Shown: positions 26,294-36,811 of the stretch, in pieces | How the letters are laid out: the number at the start of each line of letters is the position of its first letter | How positions within the stretch are numbered: the stretch's first letter is position 1 | NCBI GenBank assembly: GCA_030603365.1 | Contig: JAUVXV010000001.1 | Span: 512,001-576,000 of the forward strand | Origin: Candidatus Heimdallarchaeota archaeon | GTDB lineage: Archaea; Asgardarchaeota; Heimdallarchaeia; Heimdallarchaeales; Heimdallarchaeaceae | Direction of reading: 5' to 3' | DNA length: 64,000 nt | The notes under the pieces: generated by a model | What the model saw: only the letters and a program-made list of their open reading frames with translations | What the model was told of the DNA's origin: nothing | Databases searched by the model: none | Made by a program: the position numbers and the translations under genes

Positions 26294-28180
26294 ATGAAGA
26301 ATAAAAAAACATACGCATTTATGCTTGTTCTTCTTGTTACAATAACAATAGGACTAAGACCATTGATTAATTTTAAAGTAAGCGCAGAAAACCCTGCAGA
26401 ACCTATCTTCGAAGGTTTTACTGCTGAAGGATATGAAGATACTAATGCTATTAATTTTAATGAGGAAACAGAAATTACTGTAAAATATTCAGTTGGTCGT
26501 TATGTAGAAGTTGAAGGAATCAATATCTATGGTTCTGGATCAGGATTAAATATAACTCCTACAGAAGGATTAGCTCTCAATTTTTCATATAGTCTTAAAG
26601 AACGTACATATTATGAGGGAAGTTTTACTCTTACAAATTTGACAAGATTCAGAGGATATGCTTGGATAGGTGACATAACGAATGGAACCATTGAAGATCT
26701 GGAAGTATTTAATCACTTGGAAGCTTGGCATTATCTATATGTAAATGAGGATGGCTTACCCCCAGATTTCTCAGATATTTTAAATGCTTCAACTACTTTT
26801 ACTCCCGGAGTTTATAGAGCTACTGCAAATAAAACAGACAAACCAATTCTAGCTGTCTACAGAGTATATGGTGGGACACCTTCTGATCTTATAACTCTGG
26901 TTACATCAGTATATAGAGACAAAATAATTAATGCATCTCTAAATATTTTCAATGGAGATCTCACTGTAGTTAAGATGAATTTCTCTGAAGAAACAGAAAC
27001 ATATGTGGAATTTAATGCAACTGTTGAATTTTCTCACAGAACACTTTACTTCTGTGCAAATAATTCGTTTGGATGGGATTCTTGGGAAAGTAGTCTTAAT
27101 GAACTTCACAAATCTCTGAGCATCAAAGCTTTGTACAATGGTTATGATTTTTACTCACAGCCTACTTTGGAAGATAAATTAACTGATGTCGATAATATCA
27201 GGCTAAACATTACAACATGGAATACTACGGAAATAGAGACTTTTGGAATAAACTATTATGTTGAAGAAAGTGCAGAAAATGACACGATTATTGTTCCTTG
27301 GACCGAAGTGCAAGCTGCATTAAATCAAACATACAATGAAACCAATGAATTTGATAATATTGATATTGTCAGAGAGTACATTATATCGATTGGTAGTTTC
27401 TCAGCTGGAAACATTCTATTCTATGAAGCTTACAATATCTATTATGATGCATATTATAATGAAACTAATGGTAATATGAGAAGACTAACAGTTTACGATT
27501 CTAAACCAAATCTATTTCTGTACCCAATTAATAATACGTACACAAATCAAAATAATATCACATTTTGGTATACTTCTAGTTTAGCTAGAGGTGACATTGT
27601 AGATGTATCATTAGATTTTGGTGATGGGTCGCCTTTTGAAAATTTGACTGGTGTTATTACAAATTCAACATATCACATATATCCTCAAGTAACGGGAGAT
27701 TTCAATGCAACATTAAACATTACATTAAATATAGCAAGAGAAACTGATGTCGATATACTAGTTTTTAACTCTATATATACGATAATCTATCTTGACTTCG
27801 AGGCACCTCTCTTAGATATTCTAGATAGAACGAATAATGAAACAGACATTGTAGATGGGTATGTGGAACTTTACTTTGAGTATTCTGATGCATATTCAGG
27901 AATTCTTAAGGTATGGGTTTTCTGGGGAGATGGGTCAGTGCAAAATGTTACTGATGATGGTTTTGCTTACCACCATTACACTAACAGCTCTTTGTATACT
28001 ATAACTATAATGGCAGAAGATTTAGCAGGTAATCAACATAATATTACAGTAATCTATAATGTTGTTCTAGTTACTCCAACGTCAGTAGTTCCAACACCAC
28101 TTGCAATTATACCAGCAATTATCTCACTTATTTTAGTTGGATACGTTGTAAAAAGGAAGAAAGATCAAAGAAACGTATAA
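26294..28180 (+). CDS. Secreted, C-terminally anchored PKD-domain surface glycoprotein
   Basis: Signal peptide MKNKK + hydrophobic stretch; DFGDGS and WGDGS PKD motifs; EDLAGN; many N-x-S/T sequons; C-terminal TM + KRKK. Confidence 0.8.
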   Translation: MKNKKTYAFMLVLLVTITIGLRPLINFKVSAENPAEPIFEGFTAEGYEDTNAINFNEETEITVKYSVGRYVEVEGINIYGSGSGLNITPTEGLALNFSYSLKERTYYEGSFTLTNLTRFRGYAWIGDITNGTIEDLEVFNHLEAWHYLYVNEDGLPPDFSDILNASTTFTPGVYRATANKTDKPILAVYRVYGGTPSDLITLVTSVYRDKIINASLNIFNGDLTVVKMNFSEETETYVEFNATVEFSHRTLYFCANNSFGWDSWESSLNELHKSLSIKALYNGYDFYSQPTLEDKLTDVDNIRLNITTWNTTEIETFGINYYVEESAENDTIIVPWTEVQAALNQTYNETNEFDNIDIVREYIISIGSFSAGNILFYEAYNIYYDAYYNETNGNMRRLTVYDSKPNLFLYPINNTYTNQNNITFWYTSSLARGDIVDVSLDFGDGSPFENLTGVITNSTYHIYPQVTGDFNATLNITLNIARETDVDILVFNSIYTIIYLDFEAPLLDILDRTNNETDIVDGYVELYFEYSDAYSGILKVWVFWGDGSVQNVTDDGFAYHHYTNSSLYTITIMAEDLAGNQHNITVIYNVVLVTPTSVVPTPLAIIPAIISLILVGYVVKRKKDQRNV

Positions 28181-28227
28181 TACTAATCTTACTTTCTTCT
28201 ATCTAATTTTTCTCTCTACTTTATTTT

Positions 28228-30123
28228 TCATTTTAGAAATATGCTAAATTCAAACTCTTTAGTATCGTTAAATGCTAATACTGGTATTGTCAATTTTAAT
28301 GTTAAATCAAAATCTCGGAAATTCTTGGTTAAGTTATAGCTGATTGAATTAGGAAGTTTGATTATAACTTTAGATGACGTTTGTTTATTTGTCAGAATTA
28401 TTTTCTGATTTTTATTATCTTCAGTACTTGAGGAAAAAAGTAAGTCTTCCTTTGAAAAAACTGGTACTACATAATCTCCTAAATTAAATTTGGACAAACT
28501 ATAAAGAGAGAATTCTTCCTTTTGAACACCTCTATTCTCAAATTTATAACGAACCTTAATCTCATTAGAATTGTAATTTATTGAATAATATTTCTTAAGA
28601 ATTACATCATTAGAAGCATATACAGATAAACAAATTTCAACTCCTTTCTTTATTGTTCTTTCACTAAGTACATATCCTTCATTGAACAGGTTATATTGTC
28701 CACTATATTTTTTCGAGATGATATCATACATCAATCCATATCTTGGTTCTAAAGTTGTTTGATTTATAGCTAATTCATGTGAAGGTGTGGAAACTACAAA
28801 TTCACCATTCTGTAAGTTAATTAAATTACTAATAACTCCTCCTCGATGTTGAAAACTACACAGATAATCCCTATTTGTATATACTAACTCACCACATTCT
28901 ATAGATGCTTGTAAAGAATTGCTTGATGAATCTTCCGTACTTGAATCTAAGATGACATTTGTTGCTATATTAACCAGATTAAGATGATTGATACTTCTCC
29001 AAATCTCTACTGCTTTTAAAAAATCTATTCCTTTGATTGGTTCGCTTAATGAACTGAAACATATATTGTGTTGAGCTGTTGCTAAGAAGTATTTGGAATA
29101 TTTCAATAAATTGTTAATCTTAATTTTCGAAGTTCCATCGATTTTTTCCAAACTACTTTTGAGTAAAGCAATATTCCTCGATGCTTCCTCAAAATTTTTC
29201 TGTAGTTCTTGGCAACATGTGGATGAGTCTTTAGAAACCCCAGATTCAGAAGATATAGCAAGTTCATAAGGTAATGAGTATTTCAGCTCAACTTCCTCTA
29301 TATCAAAAACGTCTATTATTTCAGAAGGTTTTATGAATACACACTTTGCTTTTGAAAGTTGTTTGCTTTCGTTAAAATAATTATCTATATCAAAATCAGA
29401 ACGAAAACGGGGGAACTTAAGGTCATTAAAATCGAAAGTTAAAATACCATAAAGGTCAATTCCCTGTTTTTCTGATATTATTGCACCTTCTTGTATTGTT
29501 TCTAATAAACTGTCAAGTGCTCCTGATTTCAAATACTCTGAATATAGCTCAGGGAACATTCTATATACAGAATGTAAATTGAATGATGGTAGAACATATA
29601 AGTCTCTATCTTTGATTTTAAATGGTTTGGAAAACTTCGGGTCAATACTTCCAATTGGTGTTCTTGAAAGAGCTTTATCTAGTATATACCAATCTAGAAT
29701 AATATATGTTATTTCTTCATCAACTAAATATTTGAACATTCGATTGTCACAGACACTAAATGGAGGATAGAACCCTTTGATATAATTTTCAGGATAAATG
29801 TCTTTCAAAATTCTAATAGCCTCTTGAACCTGAAAAGCTATTGCGTTTTCTTCTTTATCTTCTTCGAATGGAACAAAATTTGAATACATCGATGAAGATA
29901 GCTCTATTTGATCCGTTAAACATAGCTTGGAAATGTCTTTGATAATTGAAGTATTTTCCCAGATAACAGATTGTAGGAAAAGAGAATTTAGTGAAATTGT
30001 ACCTTTGAAATTTGGTTCAGATGTGAACCATTCTACTACTTGTCTATATCTCTCAATATGGTCATTTGTGATTGATCCCGTAAACCGAGATAAATTATAA
30101 TGCGCTGACAAGTAGACAGTCAT
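28228..30123 (-). CDS. GH57-like (4-alpha-glucanotransferase-like) protein with degenerate active site and C-terminal beta-sandwich
   Basis: Order of GH57 regions is recognisable (VYLSAHYN; QIELSSSMY; KGFYPPF; YIILD; LTFDFND; AQHN), and the C-domain has HRGGVISNL. ATG 30123 preferred. Confidence 0.6.
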   Translation of the reverse strand: MTVYLSAHYNLSRFTGSITNDHIERYRQVVEWFTSEPNFKGTISLNSLFLQSVIWENTSIIKDISKLCLTDQIELSSSMYSNFVPFEEDKEENAIAFQVQEAIRILKDIYPENYIKGFYPPFSVCDNRMFKYLVDEEITYIILDWYILDKALSRTPIGSIDPKFSKPFKIKDRDLYVLPSFNLHSVYRMFPELYSEYLKSGALDSLLETIQEGAIISEKQGIDLYGILTFDFNDLKFPRFRSDFDIDNYFNESKQLSKAKCVFIKPSEIIDVFDIEEVELKYSLPYELAISSESGVSKDSSTCCQELQKNFEEASRNIALLKSSLEKIDGTSKIKINNLLKYSKYFLATAQHNICFSSLSEPIKGIDFLKAVEIWRSINHLNLVNIATNVILDSSTEDSSSNSLQASIECGELVYTNRDYLCSFQHRGGVISNLINLQNGEFVVSTPSHELAINQTTLEPRYGLMYDIISKKYSGQYNLFNEGYVLSERTIKKGVEICLSVYASNDVILKKYYSINYNSNEIKVRYKFENRGVQKEEFSLYSLSKFNLGDYVVPVFSKEDLLFSSSTEDNKNQKIILTNKQTSSKVIIKLPNSISYNLTKNFRDFDLTLKLTIPVLAFNDTKEFEFSIFLK

Positions 30124-30314
30124 CGCTATACGATTGGGTAGATTACTTAAAATGTTTTTCTGTAAAATTATGAAATTAATGAAATAAAAAACCAAATAAC
30201 ATATTAAACAAAAGTTTCCTTATATCTAAAATTCTGTGATTAGAGCGCTTCTATCGTAGTTTATTTAGCTAGCTTTAAATAAGCTCATGCTCAAAAGAAA
30301 TTAGAGTGAATATT

Positions 30315-31268
30315 ATGAGTGAAGAACGCTGTCCAAATTGTAACTCCAACGAAATAATCGATGATTATAAACGTGGAGAATCTATCTGTAGCAATTGTGG
30401 GCTAGTGGTCTCTAAATTGATAGATACTTCTCCAGAATGGAGAGCATTCACCGGGGAGGAGAAAGCAAATAGAAGCAGAACAGGTTCTCCTGTTTCAGCA
30501 TTGAAATCTGACTATGGTATTTCATCTCAAATAGGTTTTGGTAACATAGATATCTTTGGGAAGAAACTTGATCCTAATGTAATGGCAAAAATGCGAAGAT
30601 TGCGTTGGTTAAATAGAAGAGATTCTCGATCTCAAATCAGAAACTTGCGTATCGCACTTCGTGAATTAAAAAGGATTGTGAGCCAATTAGAACTAAGTGA
30701 TGAAATAGCTAAAGCAGCAGCAACTACATATAGAAAAGCTCTGAAAGCTGACCTTATCAGAGGAAGAAGTATTGAATCTATGGTAGCTGCAGCAATTTAC
30801 ATAGCTGCAAGACAATATAATAATCCTACTACTTTGAAAGATATAGAGAAGCATATCAAAGCTGATAGAAAAGTAATCGCAAGATGTTTTAGATTATATG
30901 TTCAAGAATTGAACATAAAACCAACTCCAATTGATCCTGCAGTTTTACTGACTAAATTATGTAGTGAACTAGAATTGACTACTGCAACACAGAATGAAGC
31001 ACTTAAAATTCTTGAAGAAAGCAAATCTCGAAGACTAGATATGGGTAAAAACCCTTTGAGTGTAGCAGCAGCTGCAATCTATATAGCAGGTATAAGAACT
31101 GGAGAAAGACGAACACAACAACAAGTAGCTAAAGTAGCAAAGACAACTCCTGTAACACTGAGAAACAGGTTCAGAGAAATTGTTGATTCTTTGGAGTTAG
31201 CAAATGTCATTGTTAAGAGAGGTGCTGCAAGCGCTCCTGTTTATGTTCGTGATCCTTGGAAATTCTAA
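30315..31268 (+). CDS. tfb: Transcription initiation factor IIB
   Basis: CPNC...CSNCG Zn ribbon, IDTSPEWRAF, RGRSIES, two cyclin repeats, TLRNRFRE. TATA-like TTTAAATA at 30274-30281. Confidence 0.97.
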   Translation: MSEERCPNCNSNEIIDDYKRGESICSNCGLVVSKLIDTSPEWRAFTGEEKANRSRTGSPVSALKSDYGISSQIGFGNIDIFGKKLDPNVMAKMRRLRWLNRRDSRSQIRNLRIALRELKRIVSQLELSDEIAKAAATTYRKALKADLIRGRSIESMVAAAIYIAARQYNNPTTLKDIEKHIKADRKVIARCFRLYVQELNIKPTPIDPAVLLTKLCSELELTTATQNEALKILEESKSRRLDMGKNPLSVAAAAIYIAGIRTGERRTQQQVAKVAKTTPVTLRNRFREIVDSLELANVIVKRGAASAPVYVRDPWKF

Positions 31269-31365
31269 CGCCTCTGATTTTTCTTTTTAGTATTACCCTA
31301 ATGTTATTGCTGTATTAATCTGCTTTTAAGAATACTGTACATTTTTGATATTGGGTGTAATACTA

Positions 31366-31719
31366 ATGGGTATTAGGAAAAAGGTTTCACGAAATACCAC
31401 AAATAAAGTAGAGGATACTCCTGAAATAAAGAATACTCCTGGAGTAAAGTTCTATTCCTTAATTGATATTGTAAAAACAGATCGCATAATGTCTGAAGTT
31501 AAAGAAGGAAATTTGATATTCCTTAATCTAAGTAGAATTTCTGCATATCCTGAAAGGAAAAGTGAATTTTTACAGTCATTGAAGGAAACATCTGCTCAAC
31601 TAAATGCAACACTGAAAATGGTTTCAGAAGAAACATTGATGGTTGCTCCACAGTCTGTACCTATTGAGATTCGTTCATTATCTCCATCTATGCTAAAAGG
31701 AAAAAAGATGGAAGACTAA
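31366..31719 (+). CDS. sepF: Cell division protein SepF family
   Basis: IMSEVKEGNLIFLNL...LKETSAQLNATLKMVSEETLMVAPQSV matches the archaeal SepF core. Confidence 0.75.
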   Translation: MGIRKKVSRNTTNKVEDTPEIKNTPGVKFYSLIDIVKTDRIMSEVKEGNLIFLNLSRISAYPERKSEFLQSLKETSAQLNATLKMVSEETLMVAPQSVPIEIRSLSPSMLKGKKMED

Positions 31720-31759
31720 GAGACCAAGACATATTGTGTCGAACATAGGTATATTGATT

Positions 31760-34522
31760 TTAAGATATGTTGGATTCAATAATTTGATGAATATTTGACA
31801 TAACGTCACTTACCTTCTCTAAGTTAGGTCCTCCACCTAAAGCTAAATCACCTTTGCCTCCACCAGATCCTCCAACTATGAGTGATAGTTCTTTTACCAT
31901 TTCAACAATATTTGCCTTTGATTGAGGACTTTTGCAGCCTACTATTGTAACTTTATTGTCATCTGAAGAAATAAGAATGCAAATTCCATCTTCGAAATTC
32001 TTTACTGCTTGTGATGCCCTTACTATCAATTCTTTTTGATTTCCATATGTTTCTTCAACTATTATTTCAGTAGATTTTATTTTCTTTGTCTCTATCTTTG
32101 AAGATGAATACTGAACCTCTGCTATTTTCTTATTCAATGTATCAATAATCTTCTTTTGTTCTTTCCATTCCCTGAAGAATCTATTAACAGTCTTTGGAAG
32201 AATCTTTGGTTCTACGCTCAGAATATTGGATGATTCCTTTAAAATTTGTTCTTGATTTTGAATATAATTTAGCGCAGGTTCTCCAGCTAAGATATCTAAT
32301 CGAACAATCCCATCTTGTATTCTTTCACTTCCCACAAGTTTAATGATACCAATATCTCCTGTGTTATCAAGATGAGTTCCTCCACATGCTTCAATATCCC
32401 AAGAATTGATAGCAATAATGTGAAGAATTTTTCCAGGGACAACTCCTCCTTGATAAATATGAAAACCAAAATCTCGTTCAGCTGCGTCTCGATCACGCTC
32501 ACTCTTTTCAATGGAACGATGCTCAAAAACAACTTGATTTGCTAAAGTTTCTATCTTCTGTAATTCCTCAAATGATACAGATTGATAGTGAGTTATATCT
32601 AATCTTGCTTTTTCTGGGGTTTTGTCAGCTCCTGCCTGCCAAATATGATCCCCAAGAACTTCTTTAGCAGCGTTATTAATGACATGAACTGCAGTATGGT
32701 GCCTCATAATAGCTAGTCTTCTTTTACCATTAATCTCACCATTAATTTTAGTTCCCTTAGCAAAAGTACACTTTTCTCCTAACCTGTGTATGGTGGTTGA
32801 TCCAATTCTGAATACATTAGTAACTTGGTATTCTTTTCCTTCGGAAGAAATCTTACCTGTATCATGAATTTGTCCTCCCCCTGTAGGATAGAAGAGTGTC
32901 TGATCAAGAATTAGGTTATAATCATCAACTACATCCACAACTTTTGCTGTAAATTTTGTTTGATAAACATCAGTATAATATAACGGAAATGTGACATAAT
33001 CTTTGTCTATTTTCAATCCTTTGTATTCTACTATTTCATCTTTCTTATCTGCTTGTTTAGAAAGGAGTTCCTCTATTCTAATGTAAAAATCATCAGGAAC
33101 ATCAACTTCCACGTTTTTCTCTTTAGCTAGTTCTTTTACCATAAGAGGATTAATACCATTATTTTGGTATAAATCAACTAGTGTATTGAATTTTATTTCT
33201 TTACTTTTCTGGAGAAGTTGATTTATTATCCTTCTTCCTGAAACCTTCGTTTCTTCGTATCTTTTAATCTCTAAATCAATTATTTTGTGTATTTGATCCC
33301 TCTGATCTTTCACCCTCGGATAGGAAACTGACAAATGATCAATCTGTAAATCAAATATGTCATTTATAGAGAATTGAAGTTTAAACAGTTCTTTGAGAGC
33401 TATTATCCTGCGGAGAAGAACTCTAAGATTATATCCTCCTCCAACATTTGAAGGGATAGCTCCATCCGCAATAGTCATAGATAATGTTCTAGCATGATCT
33501 GCAATTGCATACATAGATTCAAGAGGTCCAATTGTTTTTATCATTTCATCGTAGGACATCCCTAGTTTCTTGGCAAGCTCAATTCTTTCATCCTTCAAAT
33601 CTTTAACTTCTTCTACTGCTAAGAGACCTGAAAGTCTACTATATTCAAGAAGTAAATCAGGATTGATATCGTAATCATTTTCTTTTTTCAGATACTCTAT
33701 TGCTTTGGGGAAAATAGCTTCATATATAGTGGGTGTTCCTTGACTGAACCAAGATGTTCGTTCCAGACCCCATCCAACATCAATCACCTGCATGTCGAGT
33801 TTCTTTACTTTTCCATTTTCAAAGCCATAAGCTATGAATACATTATTTACTAACTCTGTTCCAAAAGCCATAGCTTCAAGATTTGGCCCGAAATTTCCTC
33901 CACCAGACCATATCCCTTCAACGTAATTGATTTCATCTGATTTAAGTCCTAATTCTTCAGTAAGATATGTGAAATTCAAATCTAGACATTTATTCATCCA
34001 ATATCCGTCTGTTAATGTCTTTGAGTTGAAAGCATGTTGACCAAACATAACGAAACTAGTTAAATGACGAGCAGTTTTTCCAATATTATCAATATCTGAG
34101 AATTCTCCACCAGTTCTAATGCACATCTGAGGAACAACTAGAGGATTTGCAGGCGGGTCGATTACTCCTTCTAGTACCCAAGGTTGAAAATCAGCAATAG
34201 ATGCAATTGTGAAATCCATATCAGCTCTCCATCTTGAAACAACTGGATAATCCTTAATAGCTGTATGTCCGTTTTTGACAAAGAAATCAGTCAGACTTTT
34301 GATAGTTTCATCAAAATTTAGATTTTTACCTTTTTTATTCAGAAATTGATATCCTCCAGCACAACGTGTATCTCCACATGTTTCCTTATCAGGTACAAGA
34401 GTCCAGAAATTATGGTTACAGCTGGGGCAAAGTTTTCGAATATACCCCTTCTCTTTGAATAGCTCAACTTCATAGTTTTCTCTTTTGAAGTTCTTTTTAA
34501 GCTCGTCTTTGGATATTGACAT
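31760..34522 (-). CDS. alaS: Alanine--tRNA ligase (archaeal type)
   Basis: YPVVSRWR, TIASIADFQP, DVGWGLER, IADHART, FYPTGGGQ, HHTAVH, EACGGTH, GGSGGGK. Confidence 0.98.
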   Translation of the reverse strand: MSISKDELKKNFKRENYEVELFKEKGYIRKLCPSCNHNFWTLVPDKETCGDTRCAGGYQFLNKKGKNLNFDETIKSLTDFFVKNGHTAIKDYPVVSRWRADMDFTIASIADFQPWVLEGVIDPPANPLVVPQMCIRTGGEFSDIDNIGKTARHLTSFVMFGQHAFNSKTLTDGYWMNKCLDLNFTYLTEELGLKSDEINYVEGIWSGGGNFGPNLEAMAFGTELVNNVFIAYGFENGKVKKLDMQVIDVGWGLERTSWFSQGTPTIYEAIFPKAIEYLKKENDYDINPDLLLEYSRLSGLLAVEEVKDLKDERIELAKKLGMSYDEMIKTIGPLESMYAIADHARTLSMTIADGAIPSNVGGGYNLRVLLRRIIALKELFKLQFSINDIFDLQIDHLSVSYPRVKDQRDQIHKIIDLEIKRYEETKVSGRRIINQLLQKSKEIKFNTLVDLYQNNGINPLMVKELAKEKNVEVDVPDDFYIRIEELLSKQADKKDEIVEYKGLKIDKDYVTFPLYYTDVYQTKFTAKVVDVVDDYNLILDQTLFYPTGGGQIHDTGKISSEGKEYQVTNVFRIGSTTIHRLGEKCTFAKGTKINGEINGKRRLAIMRHHTAVHVINNAAKEVLGDHIWQAGADKTPEKARLDITHYQSVSFEELQKIETLANQVVFEHRSIEKSERDRDAAERDFGFHIYQGGVVPGKILHIIAINSWDIEACGGTHLDNTGDIGIIKLVGSERIQDGIVRLDILAGEPALNYIQNQEQILKESSNILSVEPKILPKTVNRFFREWKEQKKIIDTLNKKIAEVQYSSSKIETKKIKSTEIIVEETYGNQKELIVRASQAVKNFEDGICILISSDDNKVTIVGCKSPQSKANIVEMVKELSLIVGGSGGGKGDLALGGGPNLEKVSDVMSNIHQIIESNIS

Positions 34523-34625
34523 AGTAACTCTAAAAGCAAATGAAACTATAAAATATAAAAATATGCTTAAGAAAAACTGATTTTCATTGCAATAGTTTTT
34601 TAAGAGTTTAATTTTGCTTTCTGTT

Positions 34626-35810
34626 ATGGATAATATAGAAATAAAGGAGTTCCAAGGGCAAGATGATGAAGCTCTAGAAATGGCTTTCTATGCTTTTTAT
34701 CCAACTCCTGGTGATGTTGAGAAAATCAAAAAAATGGCACCTTACTTCAAGGATGACACATCTTTTGTTCTTTTCGAAAACAATAAACCTGTTTCAGCAT
34801 TAATATGTAAACCAATTCCCCAGAATGTTAGAGGGTTAATTAATCAAATGTGCGGAATCCAAAATGTAGCTACAAATCCAGAAGCTAGAGGAAAAGGATA
34901 TTCAAAAATTTTGATGAAAAAGGCATTTGAACATATGAAAGAGAAAGACTATGTTTTTTCAACTCTTTACCCATTCAAAGAATCCTACTATGAGAAATTT
35001 GGCTACATCAGTTTTCCACAAGTAAGAACAGCTATTTTTTCTCCAAAACAAATTGTAACTCTACTGAAAAAAGACTTGCCTGGTGGTGTTGAAAGATATA
35101 GCTTCAAAGATGGATTTGAGATTTATGAAAAATTCTTGAAAGAAATCCAAAATTCAATTCATGGTATGGGAATAAAACATACAACTGAAATCATCAGGTA
35201 TAAAGACAATTCTAATGAATGGGTGGCTATCGCTCAAAATAATGGCAAGGTTGTAGGAATTATGACCTACAAAATTACAGGATTCTGGAAAGAGATCAAA
35301 GTTCGAGATTTCTTTTATAGCAGTTCTTTGGGTAAATATCTACTATTACAATTTTTAGCTGTACATGCAGATCAAGTCAAAGAAATTCACATAACAATCA
35401 AACCAGATGAATTTCCAGAAACATGGATTAACGATACATTTTGGGGAGATAATGGTAAAATCATTAGTAGGGAGTGGGTGCCATCTTGTATGGGACGAAT
35501 AATACAAATTGAAAAACTTTCTAATTTAAAAGTTGGAGAAGGAAGTATTTCAGTAAGTATATCTGATGATTATTGCGATTGGAATAACAAATCCTTTACT
35601 TTGAAGAGCGATGATGGAGTCTTAGAAATAACTGAAACTGACCATTCTGAATGTGAGTTAACAATTCAAGGATTATCGGCAATTGTCTATGGTTGTTATA
35701 ATTTAGATGATTTTGAGTTCAAAGGATGGGGAAGTCTAACTGACGATTATAAAATAAAAATCGAAAAATTGTTTCCAAAAAAATCACCATTTTTATATGC
35801 AGATTTTTAA
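34626..35810 (+). CDS. Eis-like GNAT acetyltransferase with C-terminal SCP2-like domain
   Basis: GIQNVATNPEARGKG, LYPF-YYEKFGY, tandem GNAT, ISDDYCDWNN, LSAIVYG. Confidence 0.88.
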   Translation: MDNIEIKEFQGQDDEALEMAFYAFYPTPGDVEKIKKMAPYFKDDTSFVLFENNKPVSALICKPIPQNVRGLINQMCGIQNVATNPEARGKGYSKILMKKAFEHMKEKDYVFSTLYPFKESYYEKFGYISFPQVRTAIFSPKQIVTLLKKDLPGGVERYSFKDGFEIYEKFLKEIQNSIHGMGIKHTTEIIRYKDNSNEWVAIAQNNGKVVGIMTYKITGFWKEIKVRDFFYSSSLGKYLLLQFLAVHADQVKEIHITIKPDEFPETWINDTFWGDNGKIISREWVPSCMGRIIQIEKLSNLKVGEGSISVSISDDYCDWNNKSFTLKSDDGVLEITETDHSECELTIQGLSAIVYGCYNLDDFEFKGWGSLTDDYKIKIEKLFPKKSPFLYADF

Positions 35811-35821
35811 TTTCTATCTTT

Positions 35822-36811
35822 TTACATCATTGTATCCCATACTGTTGGAGCTGAATCTGGATAGAAATTATCAATATCTTTTATCACAATTGCTATTTGG
35901 CCTGTTTTACCATGTATGGAATATGGCATCCTACTAACACGTCTAGTATCCATTGTAACTTTTCTATCAATTCTTGGATATCTTTGAAGAATAAATTCGC
36001 TGGAGAGTTTTCTTCTTATTATAGTGTCATTTGGAATGAGGATGTTGTAATCATTATGATCAAAGTTTTCAAAGGTTTTTATTCTAGCAACAATCTCATT
36101 AGCTTTGCGTGTTGAAATTCCTAGTTCTTTCAAGCTTTCTGGAGTCGCTCTATCAAGGTAAGCTTTGGCGACTAAAGCATATATCCGATTACGTAATGGT
36201 TTTGCTTCATTTGGAATCTCTTCAATAGACTGTGATCGTTTTTCATCATGAATAAATGTTAGATAATTAAGTATTGCAACTCTTTGAGCTTGGTCAAAAT
36301 CATGAGTTATCTTATCCATCACCCAACCATGAACCCCTCTTCTACCTGAGAAGAACCAAATGACTTCCTTAAAACCAAAGTCTTCTTTCATAGTTTTATC
36401 TATGAAGCTTGCTGCTTCTTGTACTAGTGACCAACAGTCTTTGCAATATACATCTCCATGACAACCACATGTTCTTACTAAATCATATTCATCAATATCA
36501 ATATCATAAATGAACTCTCTAGCTTTCCATTTTATCCTTTGAATTGGATTTTCTCTAGATGGAGGCTTATCATAAACTGCCCCCACATAAGCATGTTGGA
36601 CACTATTTTGAACCATAAAATCTTTTAGTTTATCAGTATTAGAAAAGGAAATATTTCTCACAAACCTGTTGTCACCAACTACAAAACCAAATTCTCTATT
36701 CTGAAAATTCGATAAACCAACAAATGACATGAAATAATCCATTGGAAATTTCTCAACATAGTATTTAGCTAAGATTTCATCTGTCAATTTTTCATTCATT
36801 TGTTTTATCAC
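35822..36811 (-). CDS. priS: DNA primase catalytic subunit, eukaryote-like
   Basis: REFGF, EFIYDIDIDEYDLVRTC-C...CKDCW, FSGRRGVHGWV, YPRIDRKVT, HGKTG. GTG 36811 overlaps the priL stop; alternative ATG at 36799. Confidence 0.95.
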   Translation of the reverse strand: MIKQMNEKLTDEILAKYYVEKFPMDYFMSFVGLSNFQNREFGFVVGDNRFVRNISFSNTDKLKDFMVQNSVQHAYVGAVYDKPPSRENPIQRIKWKAREFIYDIDIDEYDLVRTCGCHGDVYCKDCWSLVQEAASFIDKTMKEDFGFKEVIWFFSGRRGVHGWVMDKITHDFDQAQRVAILNYLTFIHDEKRSQSIEEIPNEAKPLRNRIYALVAKAYLDRATPESLKELGISTRKANEIVARIKTFENFDHNDYNILIPNDTIIRRKLSSEFILQRYPRIDRKVTMDTRRVSRMPYSIHGKTGQIAIVIKDIDNFYPDSAPTVWDTMM

